A stretch of DNA of 64,000 nucleotides. Origin: an uncultured Gemmatimonadota bacterium (lineage in GTDB: Bacteria > JAAXHH01). The position numbers and the translations under genes were made by a program. The stretch covers positions 992,001 through 1,056,000 of the forward strand of contig OX638340.1 in NCBI GenBank assembly GCA_951812955.1, read 5' to 3'. The notes under the pieces were generated by a model. The model had not been told where the DNA came from. It was given only the letters and a program-made list of their open reading frames with translations, and did no database searches. The stretch's first letter is position 1. Each line of letters begins with the position of its first letter. Positions 1 through 9,684 of the stretch are shown one piece after another.

Positions 1-543
1 GCCTTCATCGACTTCAACACGCAAGATCGCGTTGTTTCTTTCCACGAGGACGCGCGGATTCAGCGTGGCGAGCAGGTATCCTTTTTCGTAGTAGGCCTGG
101 GTAATGTTGTCCAGGACGCTTTTTCTTCGGAAGGGAGACAGGGCCTGGCCCTGGAAGATGCCGGATATGCGTTCGAGTTCGTCGTCCTTAATCTTATCGT
201 TGCCCTCGAACTCCAGGCGGTCCAGCAGCGGGTACTCCTTGACGTTTACCGTCAGGATCAAACCCGTTGCGCCCCTGCTGGCATAGATGCGAATGTCCTC
301 GAAAAGGCCCAGCCGGTACAGTTGTTTGATCGTGGTCGCACCATCGCGGGGATTGTACAGGTTCCCCGCTTTCAGCGCGGTCATCGACCGGATGAGGGGT
401 TCATCGACGTTGGCGTGTCCCTCGATCAGCACCTCGGCGATCAAAGGTTGCTGCTGTTGTCCGTATACTTTCGGGGGGTGCACGGATGCGGAGGCAAGAA
501 TCCCGCCCGTCAGGACCAGGACCAGGAAGGATTTAACGTACAT
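1..543 (-). CDS. bamA: Outer membrane protein assembly factor BamA, N-terminal fragment (POTRA region). The gene runs off the window start. It is absent from the ORF track because there is no in-window stop.
   Basis: My own translation of the minus strand from the ATG at 543 gives MYVKSFLVLVLTGGILASASVHPPKVYGQQQQPLIAEVLIEGHANVDEPLIRSMTALKAGNLYNPRDGATTIKQLYRLGLFEDIRIYA... This is a signal peptide followed by a POTRA-like LIAEV(L)IEG...I(R)..M.LK.G..Y pattern typical of the BamA N-terminus. The frame is open to position 1. Confidence 0.55.
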   Translation of the reverse strand, partial: MYVKSFLVLVLTGGILASASVHPPKVYGQQQQPLIAEVLIEGHANVDEPLIRSMTALKAGNLYNPRDGATTIKQLYRLGLFEDIRIYASRGATGLILTVNVKEYPLLDRLEFEGNDKIKDDELERISGIFQGQALSPFRRKSVLDNITQAYYEKGYLLATLNPRVLVERNNAILRVEVDEG

Positions 544-722
544 GAATGGCTTTGGAGACACTGATAAAAATTTCCCGTTCATGCGGGTAGTCGAGCGGCG
601 GAAACAGCCTGTCGGCGTGAACGCCGCGCAAAGAAACCGGCTGTCGATTCAACGCGCTTCCCGCCGCCGGGTTCCCGCCACCGGCGCTAAAACCGGAGGT
701 GTCCGGCCAGTTGGCCCGCGTT

Positions 723-3194
723 TCAGGCTTCCGATTCGGAGAGTACGGGCGCTTTGGCGGAATCAGAAGTCTCGGCTTTGTAGAACGTCAGGTTTTCTCC
801 CTTTTTGCCTACCCTGATTTCATCGCCGTCGCCGAACGTGCCCTTCAACAGTTCCTCCGCAAGCGGGTCCTCGAGCATACGCTGTATGGTCTGGTTCATG
901 AACCGTGCGTTGTAGACCGGGTCATACCCCTTCTCGGCCAGCAGTTCCCGCGCATTCTGCGTCAATGAGATGCGGATTCCCCTTTCGGTCATCCTTTCGT
1001 TGATCTCCTTGAGCTGCAGATCGATAATGCGGGAGATATCGGATGGATTCAACTGGCGAAAAACCAGTGATTCATCGAGCCGGTTCAGGAATTCCGGATT
1101 GAACAGCTTCTTCACCTCTTCCTTCACCGTGGCTTCCATCTTTCCGTAGTCGACCTTCGATCCATCCTGCTGGAAACCCAGGCCCCCGGCCTTGTTGATG
1201 TCGCGGGTCCCAAGATTGGAGGTCATGATGATGATGGTGTTGCGGAAGTCCACCCGGCGGCCGTTGCTGTCGGTCAGCGTGCCCTCGTCCAGGATCTGAA
1301 GGAGGATATTGAACACGTCCGGGTGCGCCTTTTCGACCTCGTCCAGCAGAATGACGGAATAGGGCTTGCGCCGCACCTTCTCCGACAGGTGCCCGCCTTC
1401 GTTGAATCCGACGTAACCCGGAGGGGCGCCGATCAGGCGAGAGACATTGAACTTCTCCATGTACTCGGACATGTCGATGAAGACGAGGGCGTCGCCGTCC
1501 TGAAAGAGGAAGGACGCCAGCACCTTGGCCAGTTCCGTCTTGCCCACGCCGGTGGGTCCGAGAAATAGAAACGATCCGATGGGCCGATTGGGGTTCTTCA
1601 GTCCGGAGCGCGACCGCCGGATGGCCTTGCTCAGCACACGGATGGCCATGTCCTGGCCGATGACCCGTTTCTTAAGCTCGTCCTCCATGCGCAGCAGGCT
1701 CCTGGATTCCTGCTCTTCGAGCCGGAAAACCGGAATGCCCGTCATGCTGGCGATGATCTGCGCCATGTCGTTCTCGTTGACGATCACGACTTCATCGGAA
1801 ACCCGTTCGCGCCAGGCCATAAACGCCTCGTCATACTCGCGCTGCAACTCCTCCTGACGGTCACGCAAGGCGGCCGCGCGTTCGAACTCCTGCTGCTGGG
1901 CGGCTTCCACTTTCTTGCCCTGTATGGCCTGAAGCTGCTCCTCGATCTCGCGGATTTCTTCCGGAACCGTCATCTTGGACAGCTGCGCCTTGGAACCGGC
2001 TTCGTCGATGATGTCGATGGCCTTGTCCGGGAGGAAACGGTCCTTGATGTACCGGTCGGACTGCTTTACCGCGAACTCGAGGGCATCGTCCGTGTACTTG
2101 ACGTGGTGGTATTCTTCGAATCGGCTGCGCAGCCCTTTGAGCATGTCGATGGTTTCCTCGATGCTCGGCTGGTCCACGATTACCTTCTGGAACCGGCGTT
2201 CGAGCGCTCCGTCCTTTTCGATGTGCTTGCGGTACTCGTCGAGCGTCGTGGCGCCGATGCACTGCAGTTCGCCCCGTGCGAGCGCCGGCTTGAAGATATT
2301 GGCGGCGTCGAGGCTGCCCTCGGCGCCGCCCGCGCCGACGATGGAATGCAGTTCGTCGATGAAAATAATCACCTCGTCCGACTTGGTGATTTCGGCCATG
2401 AGAGATTTCAGCCGGTCCTCGAACTGGCCCCGGTACTTGGTCCCGGCCACAATCGAGGCCATGTCCAGCGTCACGACGCGCTTGTTCTCCAGGATCTGGG
2501 GAACGCTGCGCTGCACGATGCGCTGCGCGAGCCCTTCGGCGATTGCGGTCTTGCCCACGCCGGGCTCGCCGATCAGCGCCGGGTTGTTCTTCTTCCGCCG
2601 GCTGAGGATCTGGGTGACCCGTTCGATTTCCTTGTCGCGCCCGATGACCGGATCGAGCTTGCTTTCACGCGCCATTTCGGTCAGGTCGCGCCCGAAATGA
2701 TCGAGGAAGGGCGTCCGGCTGCGTTGCGCGTCCTTCTTGGTAACCGAACGGTCGTTCTGGATATTCTGGATCTCTTCCTTGATTTTCTCGAACGTCACGT
2801 CGTAGGTCGAAAGGATCTGGGACGCAATGCCCTGCTTGTCCCGTACCAGCGCGAGCAACAGGTGCTCGGTCCCCACGTATTTCGATTTCATGTTGTTGGC
2901 TTCGTGCGCGGCGATCTCCAGGGCCTGTTTCGCTCTCGGCGTAAAGGGGACCTGGCCGATCGTGAGCGCGCTCGACTGGGATACAGTGGCTTCCTCGATG
3001 GACTGACGGAGGTCTTCGAGATCGATGCCCATATTGCGCAGCATGGCGGCCGCGGTCCCTTCGCCATCCCTGATAAAGGCCAGCAGCAGGTGTTCCGTGG
3101 CGATGTAGTCATGCTGGAGCCTGGCGGCTTCTTCCCGGGCTATGTGCATCACCCGTTTGAACCGTTCCGTGAACTTGTTATTTCCCTGTGGCAC
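723..3194 (-). CDS. clpC: ATP-dependent Clp protease ATP-binding subunit ClpC. It has a double Clp-N domain, two AAA+ modules, a UVR-like linker and a ClpP-docking LGF loop. The start codon is GTG, preceded by GGGAGGG.
   Basis: 823 aa. The N-terminus reads [39 protein letters not shown] (Clp-N repeats). Walker A motifs GEPGVGKT and GPTGVGKT are present. A short coiled UVR-like linker ([10 protein letters not shown]...ELQREYDEA) is present rather than the long ClpB middle domain. GGLGF tripeptide loop and [11 protein letters not shown] motif are present. Confidence 0.85.
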   Translation of the reverse strand: MPQGNNKFTERFKRVMHIAREEAARLQHDYIATEHLLLAFIRDGEGTAAAMLRNMGIDLEDLRQSIEEATVSQSSALTIGQVPFTPRAKQALEIAAHEANNMKSKYVGTEHLLLALVRDKQGIASQILSTYDVTFEKIKEEIQNIQNDRSVTKKDAQRSRTPFLDHFGRDLTEMARESKLDPVIGRDKEIERVTQILSRRKKNNPALIGEPGVGKTAIAEGLAQRIVQRSVPQILENKRVVTLDMASIVAGTKYRGQFEDRLKSLMAEITKSDEVIIFIDELHSIVGAGGAEGSLDAANIFKPALARGELQCIGATTLDEYRKHIEKDGALERRFQKVIVDQPSIEETIDMLKGLRSRFEEYHHVKYTDDALEFAVKQSDRYIKDRFLPDKAIDIIDEAGSKAQLSKMTVPEEIREIEEQLQAIQGKKVEAAQQQEFERAAALRDRQEELQREYDEAFMAWRERVSDEVVIVNENDMAQIIASMTGIPVFRLEEQESRSLLRMEDELKKRVIGQDMAIRVLSKAIRRSRSGLKNPNRPIGSFLFLGPTGVGKTELAKVLASFLFQDGDALVFIDMSEYMEKFNVSRLIGAPPGYVGFNEGGHLSEKVRRKPYSVILLDEVEKAHPDVFNILLQILDEGTLTDSNGRRVDFRNTIIIMTSNLGTRDINKAGGLGFQQDGSKVDYGKMEATVKEEVKKLFNPEFLNRLDESLVFRQLNPSDISRIIDLQLKEINERMTERGIRISLTQNARELLAEKGYDPVYNARFMNQTIQRMLEDPLAEELLKGTFGDGDEIRVGKKGENLTFYKAETSDSAKAPVLSESEA

Positions 3195-3257
3195 CTCGGC
3201 ATCCCTCCCTTCGAGTGCCGGACAACGAAATCCCGGCGGCTGTTTGCGTATTCACTC

Positions 3258-4325
3258 TCAGAACCTCAAGTGTTCCCTTACCAGTTCCGCGCGTCGTTCT
3301 TCCAGTTCCTCATCCGTCAATTCACGTCCCGAGGTCATCCGGATATGCGCGGGCTGCACCGCGATCATCAGTTGATTGAAAGCACTGGATTCCATGCCCT
3401 TGAAGATCCGCAGGTACGCACCCATCCGAAGCATGGACAGCGCATCCATCGCTTCCATCTCTCCAAGCAACCGGGCATGCTTCAACAGGCCGTATGCCCG
3501 GGCCACCCTATCCTCCGTCTGGCGTTTCGCCCGGCTTGCCAGTGCGTCGCAGGCCCTCTCCTCGTACACGGCCAGCCGGCGCGTGACGCGATCGAGTCTT
3601 TCGACGATCTCCTGCTCGGTGTGCCCCAGTGTGCACTGGTTGGATACCTGGTACATGTTGCCGGATCTTCCGGTGCCCTCGCCATATAAACCGCGCACCG
3701 TGAATCCGATTTCCTCCATGGCGCGTCCCAGGGGATCCATCTGATCCGCCAGGGTCAAACCCGGCAGATGGATCAATACCGAAAGGCGCATTCCGGTACC
3801 GGTGTTACTCGGACAGGACGTTAAGTAACCAAACTCATCTGAGAAGGCAAAATCAAGTGTTTTGCTCAGTTCGGTATCGATTTTATCCGCTTCCTGCCAG
3901 GCGGCGCATACCTGCAGCCCGCCTTTTATTGTCTGGAGACGGAGGTGGTCCTCCTCATTCACCATGAGACTGAAGGTTTCGCCGGGGCCGATGAACACGC
4001 CGGCAGGCCGCGTTCCGTCCGCCAGGGCCGGACTGATCAGCCGTCTCTCGACCAGTACCCTGCGGTCCAGTTCAGACGTATCCAGTAGCGAGAGGTACAC
4101 CGGCCGCGCCACATTGTCGCTGCATTGGACGGCTTTCTCCACCTGTTCGATCACGCGGAAGCGCTCGTTCTTGATAGTACGATGAACGAAAGGCAGGGTG
4201 GTCAGGTTTCGCGCCAGCCGGGCGCGGCTGCTGATCACCAGTTCCGCCGTTTCGCCATCGTGCACGCACCATTGCGGCAGGTCGACCAACAGATCGGTAT
4301 ACAGGTTCTCCATTTCGTTATCCAT
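3258..4325 (-). CDS. mcsB: Protein-arginine kinase McsB (phosphagen/guanidino kinase family). The start is uncertain: in-frame ATGs lie at 4364, 4325 and 4313. 4325 or 4313 overlaps the mcsA stop in the usual coupled fashion.
   Basis: LVISSRARLARNLTTLPF aligns with the B. subtilis McsB N-terminal region. The phosphagen kinase active-site signature CPSNTGTGMR is present. The gene sits between mcsA and clpC, as in the Firmicute operon. Confidence 0.75.
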   Translation of the reverse strand: MDNEMENLYTDLLVDLPQWCVHDGETAELVISSRARLARNLTTLPFVHRTIKNERFRVIEQVEKAVQCSDNVARPVYLSLLDTSELDRRVLVERRLISPALADGTRPAGVFIGPGETFSLMVNEEDHLRLQTIKGGLQVCAAWQEADKIDTELSKTLDFAFSDEFGYLTSCPSNTGTGMRLSVLIHLPGLTLADQMDPLGRAMEEIGFTVRGLYGEGTGRSGNMYQVSNQCTLGHTEQEIVERLDRVTRRLAVYEERACDALASRAKRQTEDRVARAYGLLKHARLLGEMEAMDALSMLRMGAYLRIFKGMESSAFNQLMIAVQPAHIRMTSGRELTDEELEERRAELVREHLRF

Positions 4326-4641
4326 GCACCACGTGGCGCCGTTCCGAACCGCGCTCGAGTTCATTTATGCGGTCCCGTAACTTCGCCGCCTGTTCGTAAG
4401 CTTCCTGGCCGACGGCCTTCTTCAATGCACGCCTGAGGTCGATCAGTTCCCTCCGCGCTTGCTGCCGGGACGGATCGGAAACGGGGATCTTGCCCCGATG
4501 GAACTCATTGCCGTGAATCTGCTTGAAAAGCGGAACCAGCGTCTCCTTGAAAACACGGTAGCATGCGGCGCATCCCAACTGTCCCGATTCGCCGAATTCC
4601 GCCGCGGACATGCCGCATTGTGGGCAGGATGTGGTTCTCAT
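4318..4641 (-). CDS. mcsA: McsA-like activator of protein-arginine kinase (zinc-finger plus UVR motif protein). I use the internal ATG at 4641 rather than the longer ORF start at 4773, which would overlap lolD by ~120 nt.
   Basis: MRTTSCPQCGMSAAEFGESGQLGCAACY (two CxxC pairs), followed by a UVR-like helix EQAAKLRDRINELE. The gene lies immediately upstream of mcsB. Confidence 0.65.
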   Translation of the reverse strand: MRTTSCPQCGMSAAEFGESGQLGCAACYRVFKETLVPLFKQIHGNEFHRGKIPVSDPSRQQARRELIDLRRALKKAVGQEAYEQAAKLRDRINELERGSERRHVVHG

Positions 4642-4649
4642 CGCCGATC

Positions 4650-5369
4650 CTAGGCCGCCACTGCGTTCAACAGGCCGTCTTCCAGCACGTAGGCACGGTC
4701 CGCGCGCCGGCCCACGGATTCGTCGTGCGTGACGACGACGAATGCCTGGCCGTGCCTGTGGGACATTTCCCACATCAGGTTGAGCAGCGCCTCCCCGTTC
4801 CCGCGGTCCAGGTTGCCGGACGGTTCGTCCGCCAGCACGACGTGAGGCCGGGCCACCAGCGCCCGGGCCACGGCGACCCGCTGCTGTTCTCCGCCGGACA
4901 GCGCTAAAGGCTTGTGGCCGAGACGCTTTCCCAGACCCACCTCCACGAGCAGCCCTTTGGCTCTTTCACGGGCCGTGTCCCAGTCATATCTCCCCACAAG
5001 CAGGGGCATCATCACGTTTTCCAGCGCAGAGAATTCGGGGAGCAGGTGGTGGGCCTGGAAAACGAAACCCACGGTCCGGTTACGGAAACCGGCCAGTCTG
5101 TCCTCCGGGAGGTCAAAGGCATTGGTTTCGCCGATGAATACCTGTCCGGAAGTAGGCCGGTCCAGCGTCCCCAGGATATGCAGCAAGGTGCTTTTTCCCG
5201 CGCCCGATGCGCCGTGTATCGCCACGATTTGCCCGTGGTGGATTTCGAAGTCGATGCCTTTCAGGATTTCGAGCCGGCCGTCGCCTGAAAGGAATTCCCT
5301 GGTCAGGTTCCGCGCACTCAGCACTTCGTCGGTCCGGCTGTCATCCGGAATGGGCGAATCGCAGGCCAT
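4650..5369 (-). CDS. lolD: Lipoprotein-releasing ABC transporter ATP-binding protein (LolD-like)
   Basis: ABC ATPase with Walker A GASGAGKST, signature LSGGEQQRVAVARAL and Walker B VVLADEPSGNLD. It is paired with an upstream FtsX-like LolC/E permease. Confidence 0.7.
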   Translation of the reverse strand: MACDSPIPDDSRTDEVLSARNLTREFLSGDGRLEILKGIDFEIHHGQIVAIHGASGAGKSTLLHILGTLDRPTSGQVFIGETNAFDLPEDRLAGFRNRTVGFVFQAHHLLPEFSALENVMMPLLVGRYDWDTARERAKGLLVEVGLGKRLGHKPLALSGGEQQRVAVARALVARPHVVLADEPSGNLDRGNGEALLNLMWEMSHRHGQAFVVVTHDESVGRRADRAYVLEDGLLNAVAA

Positions 5370-5411
5370 ACTGCAGCTACCAGCCTTTCCCTGTGCCTCA
5401 GGGCAGTTTCG

Positions 5412-6740
5412 TTACTCGTGCCTGATCGCTTCGACCGGAACCAGGCCGGCGGCTTTCCTGGCCGGGTAAACGGCGGCAAGCACGCAGATCAGCATGGATC
5501 CCAGGGCAACGCTGACGAAATCAAGCGGGTCGACCCGCACGGGCAACGCATCGATCAGGTAGATGTCGGGAGGCAGTGCGATGAACTCGAACGTTTGCTG
5601 TGCCCAGCACAACACATAGCCGATCGCACAACCGAGCAAGGTGCCGAAGACGCCGACCACAGAACCCTGAATAATGAACACCCTGGTAATGCTGGCGGCA
5701 GTCGCCCCCATGGACTTCAGAATCCCGATGTCCCGGGTCTTCTCCAGCACGACCATGATCAGGGTGCTGGCGATATTGAAAGCGGCCACCAGGATGATCA
5801 GGTTGAGCACGGCGAAAGAGCCCCATTTCTCGAGGGTCATCCACCGGAACAGGCCTTTGTGCCGCTGCATCCAGTCTACCGTAAAATACGCTACTGACGG
5901 GGCTGACGCAACAGGTGATTCAACGGACTCTTCCGCATAGCGGTTCAGGGCGACTTCGATCTCTTCGGCGATTCGCCGGGCCTGATTACGGTCGGCAATC
6001 CTGACGGCGATGCCGTTGATGTCGTTACCGAGTTTGAACAGCTTCTGGGTCTCGTCCAGGGACACATATGCCGAGGATGCGTCGTACTCGTAGAACCCGG
6101 TCTCCGAGATGCCCGTGACCCTGTACGGCCGGATGTACGGCGTGAGCGCGGAGGTAAGGGAAAAGCCCTGGATATTGCCCAGGGCAACCTTTTCACCGAC
6201 AATGATCCCCAGTTGATCCGCCAGACCCTTTCCCAGTACGATCCCGGGAAGTGGTTTTTCCGAAGGGCCGCCGGGACCGGGCGCGGTCGTCAGATCCACG
6301 GCCCCGAAGACGATGTTTTCCTCGAGGTTCGTGGCCAGGCGGCCCGACGCTATGTCCAGCCCGTGCACTATGACGCCGGCCGCCGCGTTGCGCGTCGCGG
6401 GAACCGGTGCGCAAACGGCTTTCTCCAGCACGTAAGGCGCGGCGGAGACCACTTCGTCCACCGACAGGATGACGTCTATCAACGCCTCGTGTCCGGAAAT
6501 GGAACCATCGCCGAGCAGTGAATAAACGTTGATATGCGCACGCTCACCGATGATGCGTTCCCGCACTTCGCTTTCGAAGCCGTTAAACAGGGAAAGAACG
6601 ATGACGAGGGCGGCTACCCCTACCAGGACGCCGCTCACGGAAATGTAGGTTATGAGAGAGACAAATCGGTTCTGCCGCTTGGAGCGCAGATATCTAAGGG
6701 CGATGAACCATTCGTACGACCATCGTTTACGCAGCACCAT
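5412..6740 (-). CDS. lolE: Lipoprotein-releasing system permease LolC/LolE family (FtsX-like, 4 TM helices with a large periplasmic loop)
   Basis: 442 aa. The N-terminus carries FIALRYLRSKRQNRFVSLITYISVSGVLVGVAALVIVLSLFNGF (LolC/E signature region). There is a C-terminal FtsX-like TM bundle. Confidence 0.7.
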   Translation of the reverse strand: MVLRKRWSYEWFIALRYLRSKRQNRFVSLITYISVSGVLVGVAALVIVLSLFNGFESEVRERIIGERAHINVYSLLGDGSISGHEALIDVILSVDEVVSAAPYVLEKAVCAPVPATRNAAAGVIVHGLDIASGRLATNLEENIVFGAVDLTTAPGPGGPSEKPLPGIVLGKGLADQLGIIVGEKVALGNIQGFSLTSALTPYIRPYRVTGISETGFYEYDASSAYVSLDETQKLFKLGNDINGIAVRIADRNQARRIAEEIEVALNRYAEESVESPVASAPSVAYFTVDWMQRHKGLFRWMTLEKWGSFAVLNLIILVAAFNIASTLIMVVLEKTRDIGILKSMGATAASITRVFIIQGSVVGVFGTLLGCAIGYVLCWAQQTFEFIALPPDIYLIDALPVRVDPLDFVSVALGSMLICVLAAVYPARKAAGLVPVEAIRHE

Positions 6741-6748
6741 TCGGCATC

Positions 6749-8470
6749 CTATATTCCGGACGCCCGGTCCGACAGGCCGTCCGCTTCACCGGAACCATTT
6801 TCCAGTTCGGCCCCGGTTCCGTCCGGGCTGTCCGGGCTGTCCGCTTCACCGGAACCATTTTCCATTTCGGCCCCGGTTCCGCCCGGGCTGTCCGGGCCGT
6901 CCAGGCCGCCGGGATCGCCGTCGAACGATTCCTTGCGCATATGGGGAAAGAGCAGGACGTCCTTGATGTTCGCGGAGTCCGTAATAAGCATGGCCAACCG
7001 GTCTATTCCGATTCCGCATCCCCCGGTGGGCGGCATGCCGTACTCCATTGCCCGGAGGAAGTCCTCGTCCATGGCGTGGGCTTCCCCATCGCCCTTGCGT
7101 TGCATTTCAACCTGCTCCTCGAACCGCCGGCGCTGGTCCATCGGGTCGTTCAACTCGGAGAATGCGTTGGCGAACTCACTCCCGCAGATAAACAGTTCGA
7201 ATCGCTCGGTGAGTTCCGGATTGTCCGGATGCCGTTTGGCCAGGGGGGAAATCTCCACGGGATAATCCGTAATGAAGGTCGGATTCAGCAAACGGTCCTG
7301 CACGAAGTATTCGAAGAGTCCGTCAATCATCTTACCTCTGCCCAGTTCGGGGTCCACATCGAGGCCCCGTTCACCGCAAACCGCCGCGAGCTCTGCGGTC
7401 GGCATCCTGGTGACGTCGACATCGCCATACTCGCGAATGGCGTCGAGCATGGAGATCCGAGGCCAGGGGGGGGTCATGTCGATGGACCGGCCCTGGTACG
7501 TGTGGTTCAGCGTTCCGTTAACATCCTGGAAGACACTTGTGAAGAGGCGCTCCACAAGATCCATGATGAACCGGTAATCGACATAGGCGATATAGAACTC
7601 CAGCATGGTGAACTCGGGATTGTGCGTGCGGTCGATCCCTTCATTGCGGAAATCATGCCCGATTTCGTACACGCGCTCCATGCCGCCGACGATCAACCGC
7701 TTCAGGTAAAGCTCGTCGGCAATGCGCATGAACAGCGGCATGTCGAGGGCCTGGTGGTGGGTCTTGAAGGGCCTTGCCAACGCGCCTCCGTACAGGGGCT
7801 GGAGTATCGGTGTTTCGACTTCGACGAAACCTTCTCCGTCCATGAACCGCTGAACGGACCGAATGAGCCGCGAGCGCTTGAGAAAGACCTCCTTGACGTC
7901 CGGATTGATGACCAGATCGACATAGCGTTGCCGGTACCTGGTTTCGATATCCCGCAGGCCGTGCCACTTTTCAGGCAGGGCGCGCAGGGACTTGGACAGC
8001 AGTTCCATCTCGTCCACCATGACGGTGGTCTCACCGGTTCGTGTGGTGAAGACTGCGCCTTTTACACCCAGATAGTCCCCTACCTCGATCAACTCGTCGA
8101 AGATCTCGTATACATCTGATCCGATGCGGTCGAGGCGGACGTAGATCTGGATCCGGCCGGTGCGGTCGAGCAGGTGGGCGAATCCGGATTTGCCATGACC
8201 CCGCTTGGACGTGATACGGCCCGCAACGGAGACGCGCTCGGCGGATTCGACCAGGTCTTCCGCCTGATCAAGAATGGACTGGGCTGGATGGGATACGTCG
8301 TAGCGGACGGGGTACGGATCGATGCCGCGAGCGCGGATCTCTTCGAGCTTGCTGTACCTTTGCCGGTTGAATTCGATCGGGCTGTTCACCCGTTTGCTCC
8401 GAAGGACTTTAAGATGGGTGGTAATTCCCTGAATGGGCGGTGAGCGGTCAGATCGAAGCGCCGTCGGCAT
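6749..8470 (-). CDS. lysS: Lysyl-tRNA synthetase (class II). It has an unusual ~60-aa acidic Gly/Ser-rich C-terminal tail containing a 20-aa tandem duplication.
   Basis: 573 aa. An OB-fold anticodon-binding N-terminal region is followed by class II motifs (FRNEG...). It sits immediately downstream of prfB, the classical prfB-lysS arrangement. The C-terminus reads ...DSPGGTGAEMENGSGEADSPDSPDGTGAELENGSGEADGLSDRASGI. Confidence 0.85.
   Translation of the reverse strand: MPTALRSDRSPPIQGITTHLKVLRSKRVNSPIEFNRQRYSKLEEIRARGIDPYPVRYDVSHPAQSILDQAEDLVESAERVSVAGRITSKRGHGKSGFAHLLDRTGRIQIYVRLDRIGSDVYEIFDELIEVGDYLGVKGAVFTTRTGETTVMVDEMELLSKSLRALPEKWHGLRDIETRYRQRYVDLVINPDVKEVFLKRSRLIRSVQRFMDGEGFVEVETPILQPLYGGALARPFKTHHQALDMPLFMRIADELYLKRLIVGGMERVYEIGHDFRNEGIDRTHNPEFTMLEFYIAYVDYRFIMDLVERLFTSVFQDVNGTLNHTYQGRSIDMTPPWPRISMLDAIREYGDVDVTRMPTAELAAVCGERGLDVDPELGRGKMIDGLFEYFVQDRLLNPTFITDYPVEISPLAKRHPDNPELTERFELFICGSEFANAFSELNDPMDQRRRFEEQVEMQRKGDGEAHAMDEDFLRAMEYGMPPTGGCGIGIDRLAMLITDSANIKDVLLFPHMRKESFDGDPGGLDGPDSPGGTGAEMENGSGEADSPDSPDGTGAELENGSGEADGLSDRASGI
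6779..6898. repeat. Two tandem copies of a 60-bp unit (~95% identical) inside the 3' end of lysS. They encode the duplicated C-terminal peptide DSP(G/D)GTGAE(M/L)ENGSGEA.
   Basis: Direct inspection: gtccgcttcaccggaaccattttccagttcggccccggttccgtccgggctgtccgggct is followed by gtccgcttcaccggaaccattttccatttcggccccggttccgcccgggctgtccgggcc. Confidence 0.8.
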
Positions 8471-8570
8471 AGCGGTCGGACGGGTACCGGAATATAGGCG
8501 GGCCGGCGCATCCTGTCAACCAAAAAGGACTTCCCGGACAGGGTGCGGGATGGTGGTCTCGGGGAGTGGT

Positions 8571-9684
8571 TTACGTGCTTTTCACGGGATCTCCATGACG
8601 CAGGTAAGCCTCGATGAACGTATCGATGCCGCCATTCATCACGGACTGGATGTTTCCGATTTCAGTACCGGTTCGATGATCTTTCACCATGGTATAAGGG
8701 TGGAACACGTAGGAACGAATCTGGCTGCCCCACGCGATCTCCTTCTTGTCGCCTTCGAGGCGCTCCCTTTTTTCCCGGATCGCCTCCTGCCGCTGCTGGT
8801 ACAGGCGGGACATCAGCACCTTCATGGCGCTTTCCCGGTTGCGGTGCTGGGATCGCTCCGACTGGCATTGAACGACAATGCCTGACGGCCTGTGCGTAAC
8901 GCGTACGGCCGAGGAAGTCTTGTTCACGTGCTGGCCCCCGGCGCCGCTTGCCCGGTAGACGTCGATCTCCAGGTCCGCCTCGTTGAGATCGATATCGCCC
9001 GGATCGTCGATTTCCGGCAAAACGGAAACCGAGGCGAAGGAGGTATGCCGCCTGTGGTTCGAGTCGAAGGGGGAGATGCGCACGAGGCGGTGGACCCCGG
9101 CTTCCGCCTTGAGGTACCCGTAGGCGTATTCTCCCGAGACTTCGATGGAAACGCTCTTTATGCCTGCTTCCTCCCCCGGTTGCAGGTCCAGTGTATCAAA
9201 GGAATAATCCCGGGATTCCATCCAGCGGAGGTACATTCGCATGAGCATCTCGGCCCAGTCCTGGGACTCCGTTCCCCCCGCCCCGGGGTGTATGGAAACG
9301 ATGGCGTTCTTCGTATCGTCCGGGGCCGACAGCATACTTTGCAGCATCGCCGTTTCCAGGAGTCGCCGCAGCGACCGGACCCCGTCTTCGATCTCGTCGA
9401 AAGCGTCCCGGTCGTCTTCCTCGGCGGCCATTTCGAACAGGGTTTCCAGGTCTTCGGCCTGGCTGTCCATTTCGGTCCACCCATCGACGATCTTCTTGTG
9501 GTCGCTGATCTGCCTGCTGATCGTCTGGGCCCTGGCCTGGTTGTTCCAGAAGTCCGGCTCGCCCGTGACGCCTTCGAGCCTGGCCGTCTCCGCCTGTCGA
9601 TTTTCTATGTCAAAGGCCCCTCCAGAGATAGGCCAGTTGATTTCGGCATGCTTCCAGTTCGTTCTTTATTTCGGAAGGTTCCAT
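8571..9684 (-). CDS. prfB: Peptide chain release factor 2. A programmed +1 ribosomal frameshift is required: ORF1 runs from the ATG at 9684 to the in-frame UGA at the CUU UGA C site. The +1 frame continues into the 299-aa ORF given in the track.
   Basis: The track ORF (8571..9470) contains the RF2 GGQ motif (SGAGGQHVNKT) and the SPF tripeptide (ISPFDSNHRRHTSFASV). I translated the upstream minus strand. It gives MEPSEIKNELEACRNQLAYLWRGL followed by a stop within ...TAT CTC TGG AGG GGC CTT TGA C... The +1 frame then reads DIENRQAETARLEGVTGEPDFWNNQARAQTISRQISDHKKIVDGWTEMDSQAEDL..., continuous with the downstream ORF. Confidence 0.85.
9609..9623 (-). other. RF2 autoregulatory +1 frameshift cassette: internal Shine-Dalgarno-like GGAGGGG, 3-nt spacer, then CUU UGA C shift site.
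   Basis: On the minus strand the sequence is CTCTGGAGGGGCCTTTGAC. It matches the canonical prfB recoding signal: SD-like element, CUU, UGA, C. Confidence 0.8.

Noticed and set aside
287-817. 176-aa + strand ORF at the window start
   Set aside because: The opposite strand encodes a convincing BamA N-terminus (signal peptide plus POTRA-like sequence) running off the window. The + ORF translation is Arg/Pro-rich junk.
2103-3689. Long antisense ORFs of 390-530 aa. Examples: 2103..3689 +, 8892..10325 +, 12711..14021 -, 12887..14062 +, 14702..15532 +, 16650..17735 +, 22754..23932 +, 42472..43848 +.
   Set aside because: Each lies opposite or overlaps a gene with strong family-level identification (clpC, prfB, NfeD, MlrC, SulP and others). 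Their translations are Arg/Gly/Pro/Ala-rich low-complexity text typical of GC-rich alternate frames. No motifs are recognisable.
4641-4773. Longer 151-aa version of mcsA starting at 4773
   Set aside because: It would overlap the 3' end of lolD by ~120 nt. It adds an Arg-rich nonsense N-terminus (MGNVPQARPGIRRRHARRIRGP...). The internal ATG at 4641 sits 8 nt after the lolD stop and begins directly with the Zn-finger.
4400-5400. Searched for a ctsR gene or a CtsR operator (GGTCAAA tandem) upstream of mcsA
   Set aside because: There is no HTH-type small ORF between lolD and mcsA (8-nt gap). I did not see an obvious GGTCAAA direct repeat. Absence is reported as a finding rather than a feature.
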